Virus record (IMG/VR): IMGVR_UViG_3300032053_000017
Coordinates: 1-64,000 of that record
Source: a virus
Strand: one strand, 5' to 3'
Length of the DNA stretch: 64,000 nucleotides
In this document: positions 1 to 9,146 of the stretch, in pieces
Layout of the letters: each line of letters begins with the position of its first letter
Numbering within the stretch: position 1 is the first letter of the stretch
Position numbers and translations under genes: made by a program
The notes under the pieces: generated by a model
Seen by the model: only the letters and a program-made list of their open reading frames with translations
The model's database searches: none
Told to the model about the DNA's origin: nothing

Positions 1-881
1 GTATGCTGTTCATGACGCATATCCTGCAGGCGCTTGTCAGCAGCGGGCTTTTCCAGAAACTGCTGATGTGGAGTCAGAAACTCTCGGCCGATATGACCAA
101 GTGGATCAACGAGCATGCGCCGCAGATCGAGGCGTTTATCAAGAATGCGGTAGATATTGCGGGCAATATCCTCGGGAAGGTCGGGGATGTCGGCGGGTAC
201 ATAGTCGATAAGTTCATGGACCTGCATGACTGGTTTGACACCCACCTCGGCGGGTTCGGCGACTGGATGGGCAAGATAATGATCGCCCTTGCGGGGATCG
301 CCCTTGCCATAGGCGGTGGAAAACTGCTGAGTGCGCTGCCGTTTATGGGCGCTGCTGGTATACCGTGGGCGATGGCGGGCGGTGGTATAGGCATGGCGGG
401 CCCCGCGGCTAAGGCGGCTGGCTTTATGCTCAGTCCTAACAGCGCGGGCCGTTTCCTTGGGTGGCCGGGATTGGGTCTGGCTGCTGGAGCCGCAGGAGCG
501 AACGCTGTTGGTCAGGCTGGGGGCCCAGGCTGGCTGGCTGGTGGGGTAGGTATGGGTATGACTGGGATGGGTATCGGTGCCGCAGTTGGATCCGTCATAC
601 CTGGTTTCGGCACACTGGCTGGGGCCGGGATCGGCGGGGCCATTGGGTTCGGCGCCGGCGCGCTTGGCCACATCGGCGGGCTGGGCAAGCTGCCTGGCAT
701 CGGCGGTTTGTTTGGTGGTGGCGAGGGCGGTGGTCCTAAGGGCGATGTGAAGGTCGAGAACTCCGGCAACACCATCTCCAATACCTTCAATATTGACGGC
801 GCAGCGAATGCGCGTGAGGTGGCGGACGAGGTGATCAAGAGACAGGACTCTATGTACGGTGCCCTCTCTAACAGTAGGTAA
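1..881 (+). CDS. Tail tape measure protein, C-terminal part (truncated at window start)
   Basis: Gly/Ala-rich hydrophobic repeats (AGAGIGGAIG) ending in N-T-F-N-I-D-G...A-R-E-V-A-D-E-V, typical of TMP C-termini; tail genes follow. Confidence 0.65.
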   Translation, partial: MLFMTHILQALVSSGLFQKLLMWSQKLSADMTKWINEHAPQIEAFIKNAVDIAGNILGKVGDVGGYIVDKFMDLHDWFDTHLGGFGDWMGKIMIALAGIALAIGGGKLLSALPFMGAAGIPWAMAGGGIGMAGPAAKAAGFMLSPNSAGRFLGWPGLGLAAGAAGANAVGQAGGPGWLAGGVGMGMTGMGIGAAVGSVIPGFGTLAGAGIGGAIGFGAGALGHIGGLGKLPGIGGLFGGGEGGGPKGDVKVENSGNTISNTFNIDGAANAREVADEVIKRQDSMYGALSNSR

Positions 882-1455
882 GCTCAGTATCATCGGCATC
901 GATGAGGTCGGGCGTGGCGCGCTTGCGGGGCCCGTGGTCGCGGCTGCGGTGGCAAGTCCGGTCGGACAGCCCGAGAGCTGGTGGCGGCGGGTCAACGATT
1001 CGAAGAAACTCAAAAAGCGCACGATCACAGAACTGAGCGCCAAACTGATCGCGACGGTCCAGTATGGCGTTGGTGAGGCCTCAGCCCAGGAGATAGACCA
1101 GCTGGGTATCACGCGTGCGACTACCCTCGCTATGGAGCGGGCGGTTACGCAGCTTAAGCGCAAGCACCCGGCGGTAACCCGTTGGCCGGTGGTGGTTGAC
1201 GGCAACTCAAAGATGGGACACCAGAGCTGGACCCCGGTGATCCGGGGCGACAGTAAGGTCTGGACTGTGGCTGCGGCGTCGATCATCGCGAAGGCCGCGC
1301 GAGACAGTATGATGCAGCACCTGCTGGCATCGCGTTTTCCCCAGTATCTCTGGGGACGTAACAAAGGATATGGTACCAAGAAACACATGGCCGCGTTGCG
1401 AAAGTATGGGCCGTGTGAAGAGCATCGAAAAACGTTCAAAGGGGTGGTGAAGTAG
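859..1455 (+). CDS. rnhB: Ribonuclease HII
   Basis: IIGIDEVGRGALAGPV, DSKKL, VDG, GDSK..VAAASIIAK..RD, NKGYGT..H, G.C..HR.TF motifs. Confidence 0.93.
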   Translation: MPSLTVGKLSIIGIDEVGRGALAGPVVAAAVASPVGQPESWWRRVNDSKKLKKRTITELSAKLIATVQYGVGEASAQEIDQLGITRATTLAMERAVTQLKRKHPAVTRWPVVVDGNSKMGHQSWTPVIRGDSKVWTVAAASIIAKAARDSMMQHLLASRFPQYLWGRNKGYGTKKHMAALRKYGPCEEHRKTFKGVVK

Positions 1456-1456
1456 T

Positions 1457-1969
1457 ATGCCTGAGATTGATGGCGTCTATATCAAGCTTGTAGACACGGG
1501 TAAGTCCGAGGTTGAGGGCTTCTCGCTTCCAGTTGAGTCGATCAAGCATACGATCTCGCGGAATCCCATCGTATTTCCGGTCCCTGGCATCAGTATGGGG
1601 ACGACGGGGCAGCCTATCATCTTTGGGCTTGACTTTGGCATGATGAGCGAGCAGCTTACGTTCACGGGTATCCTCAAGGACAACGAGGAGGATCCAGACC
1701 GCCCGAGTCATCAGGAGCTGGCGGCCGCGGTGCGTACCTGGTGGCGGTATCTGAGCATGAGTTGCGGGGCTCTAGGATCAGCCAACGCAAATAAGATCCT
1801 TGTAAAGGAGGGGCCCGGGCATGGTACCTGGATCTACGCGGGCGTGATACAGTCGGCGACTTTCGGCCGGGAGGGCGGTAAGACCTGGTGGACGTATACC
1901 ATAACGTTCCAGATCACGAACCCGCCGTCGGTAGACCCGTCGTGGAATCCAGCGCCGCCCGAGTGGTAG
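1457..1969 (+). CDS. Putative distal tail/baseplate protein
   Basis: 170 aa beta-rich protein after the TMP, with a W.YTITF C-terminus. Confidence 0.45.
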   Translation: MPEIDGVYIKLVDTGKSEVEGFSLPVESIKHTISRNPIVFPVPGISMGTTGQPIIFGLDFGMMSEQLTFTGILKDNEEDPDRPSHQELAAAVRTWWRYLSMSCGALGSANANKILVKEGPGHGTWIYAGVIQSATFGREGGKTWWTYTITFQITNPPSVDPSWNPAPPEW

Positions 1970-1970
1970 C

Positions 1971-3851
1971 ATGGGTTACGTACTAGAGATCAGCGACATG
2001 GCCGGGTACGGCGCGGGGGCGGGCCCTGAGAACTGGACAGCCGTCACTGGCCTCCTTGAGTTTGAGGTGACGCGGTCTGGGGTGGCGCGCTGTGGCACTT
2101 TTGAGGGCGTCTATGTGGCGCCAGACGTGCCGTCGTGTGGTAAGCCCGCGTCGGCGCGGCAGCGGTTTCGACTGCGTGATACGTCTGCTACACCGGTTCA
2201 GAATCTTGACATCATCATGGTTGGGCGTCTTGATGACGTTGAGCCGCAGGAGAATGCGCAGTTTGGACGCTGTTATCGCGTCAGGGGGCGCGACTATCTG
2301 GGCTCGTTGGCTGACAACCACATCGACGCCGGCTTTGAGAACGCGGTAGACTTCGGACTGTGCCTTGGCGTCGGTACGGTGCCTTGGCTTGCAAATTGGG
2401 CCTCATACCCCGGTGGCTATGCTTCTCCAGGCGGCGTGTCGTATGGTCTGGGCGAGAAGCGTAGTAACATCATCACGCAGCTGGCGCTGAATATCCTTGA
2501 GTGGGGACAGGGTATCTTGTGGGTAGCGCACCCGTATGGCTGGATCCAGTCTAAACCGGTCGAGGTGAACTACACGGATATGACAGGTCTCACAATCCTG
2601 GACGCTATCAGGAATTTGTCTCGTGAGGATCCCTGGGGGATTGGCATCCCGTCATGTCCTACCGTTGATGCGTACGACATCGTTATGGGGGTTGATGTTT
2701 ATCCCCCTGTAGGACCGCCGGTGCACATGATGTTTCCAGATGCCGGTATCGGGGGCGAGTTTCAGATAGACTACTACAGCACGGGTTTTAGTCCTCTTAT
2801 ATGCGGGCCAGCGAATCAGCGCGCCGGCCACCAGGCCATGTACTACAGGCGTGGTGAGGAGCTTTGGGACCCGGGTATCATCTTGCAGTATGGGACCTTG
2901 CAGATAACTGGCGGTAAGGTAGCGACCATTCCTATCCTTAGCTACAGTCTGCCTGAGCTTGGGTCTGATATCTTTAGTCGTAGCAGGGTACTGGGCACAG
3001 GCGAGGCGAAATATGTACCTCCGGCGCCGGCTGGGAGTTCTGGTACCGGCAACGTGCTACAGTCAGCGGAGGACACTTGGGATCCAGTAAGCGGGCTGTA
3101 TGCATCGCGGCGTGAGATCATCGATTACGATGAGTCGCTTGTCGGTGATTGGACCCATGAATTTCTTCCAACCTCGGATAGCTATGTGTCAAGAGAGCTT
3201 CGTGACCGCGCGTATGCCAGCCTCTACACGGGAAATACAGCGCTGTCGCGCTACCGTGGCGCTATGGCTGGGGAAGTCGTGGTGCCTTATTTTCTTCGCA
3301 ACCTTGCTGGTTTTCCGCTCGTGCCGGGTCAGTTGGTCACGATCCAGATAGACCACCTCGGTATCACAGCAAAGAGCTTCGTTGTCGACAGTTGGAAGTA
3401 CTCGTGGCCGGCGAACAAGATGACGCTCCAACTTTCGCGTAACCCACTGCGGTCGTTTGGTGAACAGATCGTTAAGGGCGTGCGCCGGCAGGAGCAGCTT
3501 ATCGCGGGCATGGTAAACTGTTGGGACTCCGGGTGGTGGCAGACTGATGGTACCGGGTCGCGTAGGTTTGACCATAATAGGGCGGTCCTCCCGAAGGAGA
3601 TCGTTGTGATGGTCGCGACAGCATCTGGCAACGTCGATGCCCTTGGTCGACCGGTCCCGGTTCTAGGGACTGAGGTTGCGCTCCCGATGACCTTGGGTTT
3701 CGACGCAGCGAGCGGGCAGTACTTTGGCTGGTATGGGAGTGAGTCGAACAACCGTTACGTCACGGTCCGTTACAACTCGAACCTGGCGTATAACGACACG
3801 GGCGGGTGGTATGCAGATGGCGTCAGTCTGATGCGCGTGCTTGTCAAGTAA
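1971..3851 (+). CDS. Putative tail/baseplate hub protein
   Basis: 626 aa; GRLDDVE...VRGRDYL motif and C-terminal PGQLVTIQ..LGI...FVV....SW, typical of hub proteins. Confidence 0.55.
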   Translation: MGYVLEISDMAGYGAGAGPENWTAVTGLLEFEVTRSGVARCGTFEGVYVAPDVPSCGKPASARQRFRLRDTSATPVQNLDIIMVGRLDDVEPQENAQFGRCYRVRGRDYLGSLADNHIDAGFENAVDFGLCLGVGTVPWLANWASYPGGYASPGGVSYGLGEKRSNIITQLALNILEWGQGILWVAHPYGWIQSKPVEVNYTDMTGLTILDAIRNLSREDPWGIGIPSCPTVDAYDIVMGVDVYPPVGPPVHMMFPDAGIGGEFQIDYYSTGFSPLICGPANQRAGHQAMYYRRGEELWDPGIILQYGTLQITGGKVATIPILSYSLPELGSDIFSRSRVLGTGEAKYVPPAPAGSSGTGNVLQSAEDTWDPVSGLYASRREIIDYDESLVGDWTHEFLPTSDSYVSRELRDRAYASLYTGNTALSRYRGAMAGEVVVPYFLRNLAGFPLVPGQLVTIQIDHLGITAKSFVVDSWKYSWPANKMTLQLSRNPLRSFGEQIVKGVRRQEQLIAGMVNCWDSGWWQTDGTGSRRFDHNRAVLPKEIVVMVATASGNVDALGRPVPVLGTEVALPMTLGFDAASGQYFGWYGSESNNRYVTVRYNSNLAYNDTGGWYADGVSLMRVLVK

Positions 3852-3863
3852 AGGGTTAGAGCT

Positions 3864-6440
3864 ATGCCACTGCCGGTGCTTAAGGACAGGGTCACGCCAG
3901 GCAAGTATGCGATAGTGCGCACTGCGCCGTCGGTGTCTGCTGCCGATTACGCCGGGCGGGCGCAGGCCTGTGGGCTTACCGGCCTGGTGTTCAAACTGAA
4001 TGACAAGGACCAACTGTTGGCAGAGTGGCTTCCGGACCCGGCCGGCGCTGACTGGCAGAAACTGCAGTATATGCTGGGGACGGCCGGCGGTCTTGATGCG
4101 TTGCTCGGCTATGGTCTGAAGGTCGGCGTCATGTTTGATGCCGGCAAGGGTGCCTACGAGGTACCGACGGCGGAGGGCTCGAGCTGGGCCAGCGTCATGC
4201 GGCTGCTCGACCCCCTTGGCATAAAGATCGACTTCTTCGCGGCTGATATCACTGTTGAGCCGCGGTGGGCGGACATTTCGAATGTGCAGCCGGACTACGC
4301 TCCCTACTATTATACCCGCGCCGCGTCAGGACGTTCACTCTCTGCGCTGATAGCCGCGTCGCGTGTCTCACAGGTGGGTCGAGTACGCCCGATCTATCTT
4401 ATCACCCCCGCCGAGCCACTGGCAGACTGGCCGGGACTTTACGGTAACCAGACACCAGGGGTCAACGGCTTCGGTGTCCTGGCGCCGGCGACTGAGGTCT
4501 TCTGCAACGCGGTACTCAACCTCGCGCACCGCGTTGACCCGGCTAACGGGACAGCGGACACATCGACAGCCTGGCTCTGGCACCAGACCTACAAAGGGAC
4601 CCAGAGCATGGTCCGGGGCGAGTTTGTCTTTGACCTCCGCACGACCACTGCTGATGCAGAGGCGCTCAAGGGCATGGTCCAGTACGTGGTGAATGGTTTT
4701 GACATCACGCTGGCGGACCTGGGTATCGTAGGTGATTGTATCTGGCACCCGACAGCGGGTCTGGTCATGTTCGACGACCTTGATGCGGTCGAGTCCAAGG
4801 GCCTCTGCGCCGCTGTCGGGGAGGCTCTGACACCGACAGACTTTTGGGACCTGGATATCTACGAGGGTGGACCGTGTCTCGAAGGTCCCTCAGGGGATCT
4901 GGTCTGGTGGGCACTTGGTCAGACCCCGGCGCTGGTCGCTGGCCAGCCGTGGGAGGCGCGTCTGGCGATCGAGAGCTGGCGGCTCGGCAGACTCCCCAAC
5001 TGGATATTTTTGTACTCTATGAAGACATGCGCAGAGGAGACGGATCTGACTCTCCCGCAGAACTACGCGAGCTGGCTCTATGTTGGAACTCTGCCGGTCT
5101 TGTTTCATGCGGGCGCGGGCTTTGCTACGCGCGTTGAGGGCGAGCTTGAGGACTACACTGATCCGGCGACGGGCTTGACGCACAAGGTCTTTCACCTGCA
5201 CGGGACGCCTACGGCGGCCGACGTTGACGCGCAAACACTGGAGCTTGATTTCTACGGTGGATTTCTGAGCTTTAACACCTGCGGGGTGTTTACACTGGTT
5301 GTCGGTTCAACGGCCGTTCCGATCCCACCTATTGGTGTGGGAAGTACCGTCGTGTCGGATATGCTGCACCCGATCGTGCCGTTTATGGGTAACCGCGGCA
5401 GTCCCTGCTTGCCGATAGCGGTCGGCTTGGCGCCAGGACCGGTCATCCCGCCGGGTCCCGGTGGCGTTGGGGACTGCGGACAGACAACTACATTTAGCTG
5501 TCCAGATGGAGATTGGACGGCGTGTAACAGTATCCTTAACATCGTTTGGGTGGCGGCGGGTAAGCCGACAGACTGGGAGGAGATGGCGTTCTATATCGCG
5601 GTATTGTTCCGTGAGTCTGGCGACATGCCGATGGGCGATACGGCAGGGGACTGCTGCCCGAACGCGGCCCTCGACTGTACCAGGTGTATCGTGTGTGCTG
5701 CGAGCAGCGATCCGACATCATGCTGCTGTTCATTCGGTCTGTTTCAGCTTAACAGGTGCGGGGGTCAGGGTGCCGACTACGGCTGTGTTGAGCTGCTTGA
5801 CCCGATAACCAACGCGGTCATCGCTATGGTAGCCCTGCTGTCTGCTTGGAGCGAGAACAAGGCAGCCGGGTATACCGGCATGGATCTGTACAAGCGCGTA
5901 GCAGCGGATAGCGGACATCCTGGCAGCAGCGCTTCGGGCGAGGCTTCGCGGCAGGCGATCGCAAGTCTCACAACGTGCATAGCGGCGAGTCCGCTGGTGT
6001 TTCCGCTGCCGACATTTGGACTGGTGTGGCCGCTGCATGGGGCGCTTAACGCCGATTGCGCATGGCACATGGCGGTCGAGACTCTTTCAGCCATCGATAT
6101 CAACTGTAGTGGTGGGGAGACCATCAAGGCGGCGCATACGGGCACCGTCACATTTGCGGGACTGGACCCGAGGAGCGACCCGGCGCAAGGCGGGGACCCG
6201 AGCATGGGCTACGGTTATACGGTCGAGATCGCTGATGCCTCGTACCCGGAGTATGTTACGAAGTACGGACATATGCAGGCCGGTCTTTTGGTAACTGCTG
6301 GCGATCATGTGACGGCTGGGGTTACAGGTCTAGGACTTTGCGACTCGACCGGGCACTCGACTGGACCGCACTTGCACTTTGAACTGCGGCATAACGGCGT
6401 GACGGTGTGTCCGTGCACATATCTGACGGGAGGATGCTGA
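3864..6440 (+). CDS. Virion-associated peptidoglycan hydrolase (lysozyme-like domain plus M23 peptidase), Cys-rich
   Basis: RESG...GLFQL...LLDP..N (SLT-like); AAHTGTV, GYG..V, KYGHM, STGHSTGPHLHFE (M23). Confidence 0.75.
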   Translation: MPLPVLKDRVTPGKYAIVRTAPSVSAADYAGRAQACGLTGLVFKLNDKDQLLAEWLPDPAGADWQKLQYMLGTAGGLDALLGYGLKVGVMFDAGKGAYEVPTAEGSSWASVMRLLDPLGIKIDFFAADITVEPRWADISNVQPDYAPYYYTRAASGRSLSALIAASRVSQVGRVRPIYLITPAEPLADWPGLYGNQTPGVNGFGVLAPATEVFCNAVLNLAHRVDPANGTADTSTAWLWHQTYKGTQSMVRGEFVFDLRTTTADAEALKGMVQYVVNGFDITLADLGIVGDCIWHPTAGLVMFDDLDAVESKGLCAAVGEALTPTDFWDLDIYEGGPCLEGPSGDLVWWALGQTPALVAGQPWEARLAIESWRLGRLPNWIFLYSMKTCAEETDLTLPQNYASWLYVGTLPVLFHAGAGFATRVEGELEDYTDPATGLTHKVFHLHGTPTAADVDAQTLELDFYGGFLSFNTCGVFTLVVGSTAVPIPPIGVGSTVVSDMLHPIVPFMGNRGSPCLPIAVGLAPGPVIPPGPGGVGDCGQTTTFSCPDGDWTACNSILNIVWVAAGKPTDWEEMAFYIAVLFRESGDMPMGDTAGDCCPNAALDCTRCIVCAASSDPTSCCCSFGLFQLNRCGGQGADYGCVELLDPITNAVIAMVALLSAWSENKAAGYTGMDLYKRVAADSGHPGSSASGEASRQAIASLTTCIAASPLVFPLPTFGLVWPLHGALNADCAWHMAVETLSAIDINCSGGETIKAAHTGTVTFAGLDPRSDPAQGGDPSMGYGYTVEIADASYPEYVTKYGHMQAGLLVTAGDHVTAGVTGLGLCDSTGHSTGPHLHFELRHNGVTVCPCTYLTGGC

Positions 6441-6817
6441 TGCAGCACTACGATGTCTGGATCCAGAACGACTACCCGGAACTGGAGACTGCGTTCGAGC
6501 AGGCACAGAATACGATCTGTCGTGCACTCTTGCTCTGCGCTAGCATCGGTTGCCGGTGTGTTATCGGGAAGGGCGAGCAGCACTGCAGCGAGGTCTACCA
6601 CGGTAAGACGCTTCGGGTCTCGGTCAGCGAGGGTCCGACCTGGCTGGTTATCGTGTATCTGCTCCGTGAGTCGCTGCATTTGCAGATATACCTGGACGAC
6701 CTTCCGGGCTTGGAACAGCGTAAGGAGCTGGAGCGCGCCCTGCGGGCCCTCGGTGGGGTGCTGTACTGGACGCAGGACAGCAAGGCAATAACAATGGAGG
6801 AGCGCCTTGGACGTTAA
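6440..6817 (+). CDS. Hypothetical protein
   Basis: GGAGG RBS; abuts the upstream stop. Confidence 0.5.
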   Translation: MQHYDVWIQNDYPELETAFEQAQNTICRALLLCASIGCRCVIGKGEQHCSEVYHGKTLRVSVSEGPTWLVIVYLLRESLHLQIYLDDLPGLEQRKELERALRALGGVLYWTQDSKAITMEERLGR

Positions 6818-7493
6818 CTTGATGCGCCCGTTTGATGCCCACGCGGCCAGGGAGGCCTGGCTCATTGCCGCCTGGAAGCATGGCGACAAGAAGACGCAGC
6901 GCGTTGCTCAGATGTGTTGTTGGAAGAATGTCATCGAGGATCAGCAGAGGTTGCCGGAGGAGCAGCGGCTGGCGATGCTTAATGAGTTCTTTTCTGTCTA
7001 CCCGGCGAACGGCGATAAGATCGCTGCCGCTTTGAACAAGTTGGGTACCGTTGATCTGTTCGTGCCGAACCAACTGTTGGCCGACGTCACGAAGCCTGTG
7101 CTTACTTGGGCTGAGAAGCTTGGCGTTGAGATCGAGGGCATCGACAGGATCCTCTGGGAGCCTCCGCGTATCCTCGGCCTGAACTGGCAAGCCCGCGGTG
7201 TGCAGCTGCGCCAGTCGCTGAGCGAGCAGGGCGCGGGCAACACCTATTTGCTGCGGCTCGACGACATGTTGGTCGCGGTGATAGCTCTGCAGCGAGACAA
7301 GCAGGACAGGACCGGACGCATGGCGCTGCAAGAAGTAAAATTGATCGCGCAACGCGCGCTATGGGACCTGGCACTTGAGGAGGACTCGGGCTGGGGTGAT
7401 CTTTTGGAGGTTGTGCTTATGGGGTTCTGGCCCTGCGGTGTGACCCAAGACAACCGCTTCATTATCTCGCACAAGTCGACGCTGGGAGGATAG
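6807..7493 (+). CDS. Hypothetical protein (paralogue of the next gene)
   Basis: 228 aa; GGAGG RBS; C-terminal GFWPCG...D.RFIIS. Confidence 0.6.
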   Translation: MDVNLMRPFDAHAAREAWLIAAWKHGDKKTQRVAQMCCWKNVIEDQQRLPEEQRLAMLNEFFSVYPANGDKIAAALNKLGTVDLFVPNQLLADVTKPVLTWAEKLGVEIEGIDRILWEPPRILGLNWQARGVQLRQSLSEQGAGNTYLLRLDDMLVAVIALQRDKQDRTGRMALQEVKLIAQRALWDLALEEDSGWGDLLEVVLMGFWPCGVTQDNRFIISHKSTLGG

Positions 7494-7496
7494 GCC

Positions 7497-8183
7497 ATGG
7501 CGTTCGAGACAGAACGGAACCTCTTGATCAAGGTCGTCAGCGGGTTGCCTATGCAGCCAAAGTCTATGGACGTGTGGCTGCGGACCTGCTTTCCTCAGAT
7601 CTTGACTGAGAGCGGTACGTATACCACAGAGCTTCACCGAAAACTTGTGTGGGGGTGGGTGCGCGAGCTGATACCGGACCGCTACACAGCGGACAGTCTT
7701 TCACAGACATTCTGGAAGATCTTGTCGAGAAGCTCGCGGCTGTTCACGCCTGAGGTCTCGCCACAGAAGGCCGCGACGTCTGCCGTGCATGAGCACCTGA
7801 CCGCGATGTCGGCATTGGTTCCGATGCCGGTCGTGAGTGAGATCCGCTGGGTTCCGTTGGAGAACTGGCATGAGGCGGCCCTCTACCCGGGGTGGCGAGC
7901 GCGCTATGACGCGGCGCTTGCGGGACTGCGGGGACACAGTGATGATATGCAGGACCTCTGGCGTCAGCTTGCATTCGCCCATATTCAGAACGTCTCTGAA
8001 CCGCGCTACTCGGCGGCGTATAAGTGGTTCAGGCCGATCTGGGTGCAGGCCCTGTGGGAGGTTTTGAACGGGGCGCCAGGAATGTGGTGCAGTATCCTCC
8101 GAGTGGCGGGCTGGGGCTACCTCCCGGTGGGCCTCGCTGAGGACGGGCAGGCATTCATCGTCAGCTCAAGGTTGCTTCCATGA
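7497..8183 (+). CDS. Hypothetical protein (paralogue of the previous gene)
   Basis: 228 aa; C-terminal GYLPVG...D..AFIVS. Confidence 0.6.
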   Translation: MAFETERNLLIKVVSGLPMQPKSMDVWLRTCFPQILTESGTYTTELHRKLVWGWVRELIPDRYTADSLSQTFWKILSRSSRLFTPEVSPQKAATSAVHEHLTAMSALVPMPVVSEIRWVPLENWHEAALYPGWRARYDAALAGLRGHSDDMQDLWRQLAFAHIQNVSEPRYSAAYKWFRPIWVQALWEVLNGAPGMWCSILRVAGWGYLPVGLAEDGQAFIVSSRLLP

Positions 8184-8434
8184 GCGCGCCGCGCTATCCT
8201 CTTCGGGTCATCTCATTCGACGGCGGTGGAAGGATGAATGTGCTGCGCTTTACCGATCGCGTCCTCTGTGGGCGCAAAGCTGCAGATCTGGCTGCCGAGG
8301 GGTTGGCCGTGCTGGTCTGCGAGGTCAAGGATGTGCTGAACGGCGGAGATGAGGGCGCTGCTCTGCCTGAGCCGTTGGCCCCGCGGCCACGCCGGTACAG
8401 GTCGCCTGCTCCACGCGGGCGTCTGTCTAGGTAA
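8180..8434 (+). CDS. Hypothetical protein
   Basis: ATGA overlap with the upstream stop. Confidence 0.45.
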   Translation: MSAPRYPLRVISFDGGGRMNVLRFTDRVLCGRKAADLAAEGLAVLVCEVKDVLNGGDEGAALPEPLAPRPRRYRSPAPRGRLSR

Positions 8435-8440
8435 ATTAAG

Positions 8441-9031
8441 ATGCCGACCGGTGTGTACATGCGGACATTAGAGAGTCGGATAATATATAGCATAGCTGCA
8501 AAGCGGCGTTGGCAGAATCCTGCGCAGCGCAGGGCTAGGAGTAAGGAGCGGACACGGTGGTGGGCCGATATAACGTCAAAGCAGCGAGAGCAACACCGTA
8601 GTGCTACCAGCGCGGCGATGAAGTCTAGCCAGCGGGTGGCTGCTCACTTGATAAGACTTCGCCATGTTCGTCCTACAGGCATTGAGTGTATCCTCCGTGA
8701 GTTTCTGCTGCCGACGCTGCTGCCACGCCGTCGCATTCTCAATGAGCACCGTATCAAGTGCCCTCGGGAGATGTTCAACCAGCTTACATTTCAGGTCGAT
8801 GCCTATGCGCCTGCCCTGAGATTGGTGATCGAAGCTGACGGTGACTACTGGCATAGCCGGCCTGATACTCAGACGCGCGATTATTATAGAAATGAGTATC
8901 TGCGGGCCGACGGCTTCACGGTGGTTCGCTTTAGCGAACGTGAGTTTAACGCCTATGCGATTGGGCATGACCCAGGTCTTGAGTTTTGGCATAAGATCGA
9001 TATCATCGAGAAACTTGCTGGGGCGGTGTAA
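8441..9031 (+). CDS. Free-standing DUF559/Vsr-like (homing-type) endonuclease
   Basis: PTGIE, VDAY..., LVIEADGDYWH, RD...L...GFTVVRF; basic N-terminus. Confidence 0.8.
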   Translation: MPTGVYMRTLESRIIYSIAAKRRWQNPAQRRARSKERTRWWADITSKQREQHRSATSAAMKSSQRVAAHLIRLRHVRPTGIECILREFLLPTLLPRRRILNEHRIKCPREMFNQLTFQVDAYAPALRLVIEADGDYWHSRPDTQTRDYYRNEYLRADGFTVVRFSEREFNAYAIGHDPGLEFWHKIDIIEKLAGAV

Positions 9032-9146
9032 CAAAACGGCCGTCATTCCGTTATTATAAGTAGGCAAGGCTAAAGGTTTTCAACTTTGTGCCGATGATCT
9101 AGGTGAGAAGGCAAGCAGGCATTAGGTGAAAGGATGAAAAGAACAT

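Noticed and set aside
8690-9010. Diversity-generating retroelement TR/VR pair with ~43410-43740
   Set aside because: The differences are mostly synonymous and not adenine-specific, and no reverse transcriptase is present; this is a gene duplication.
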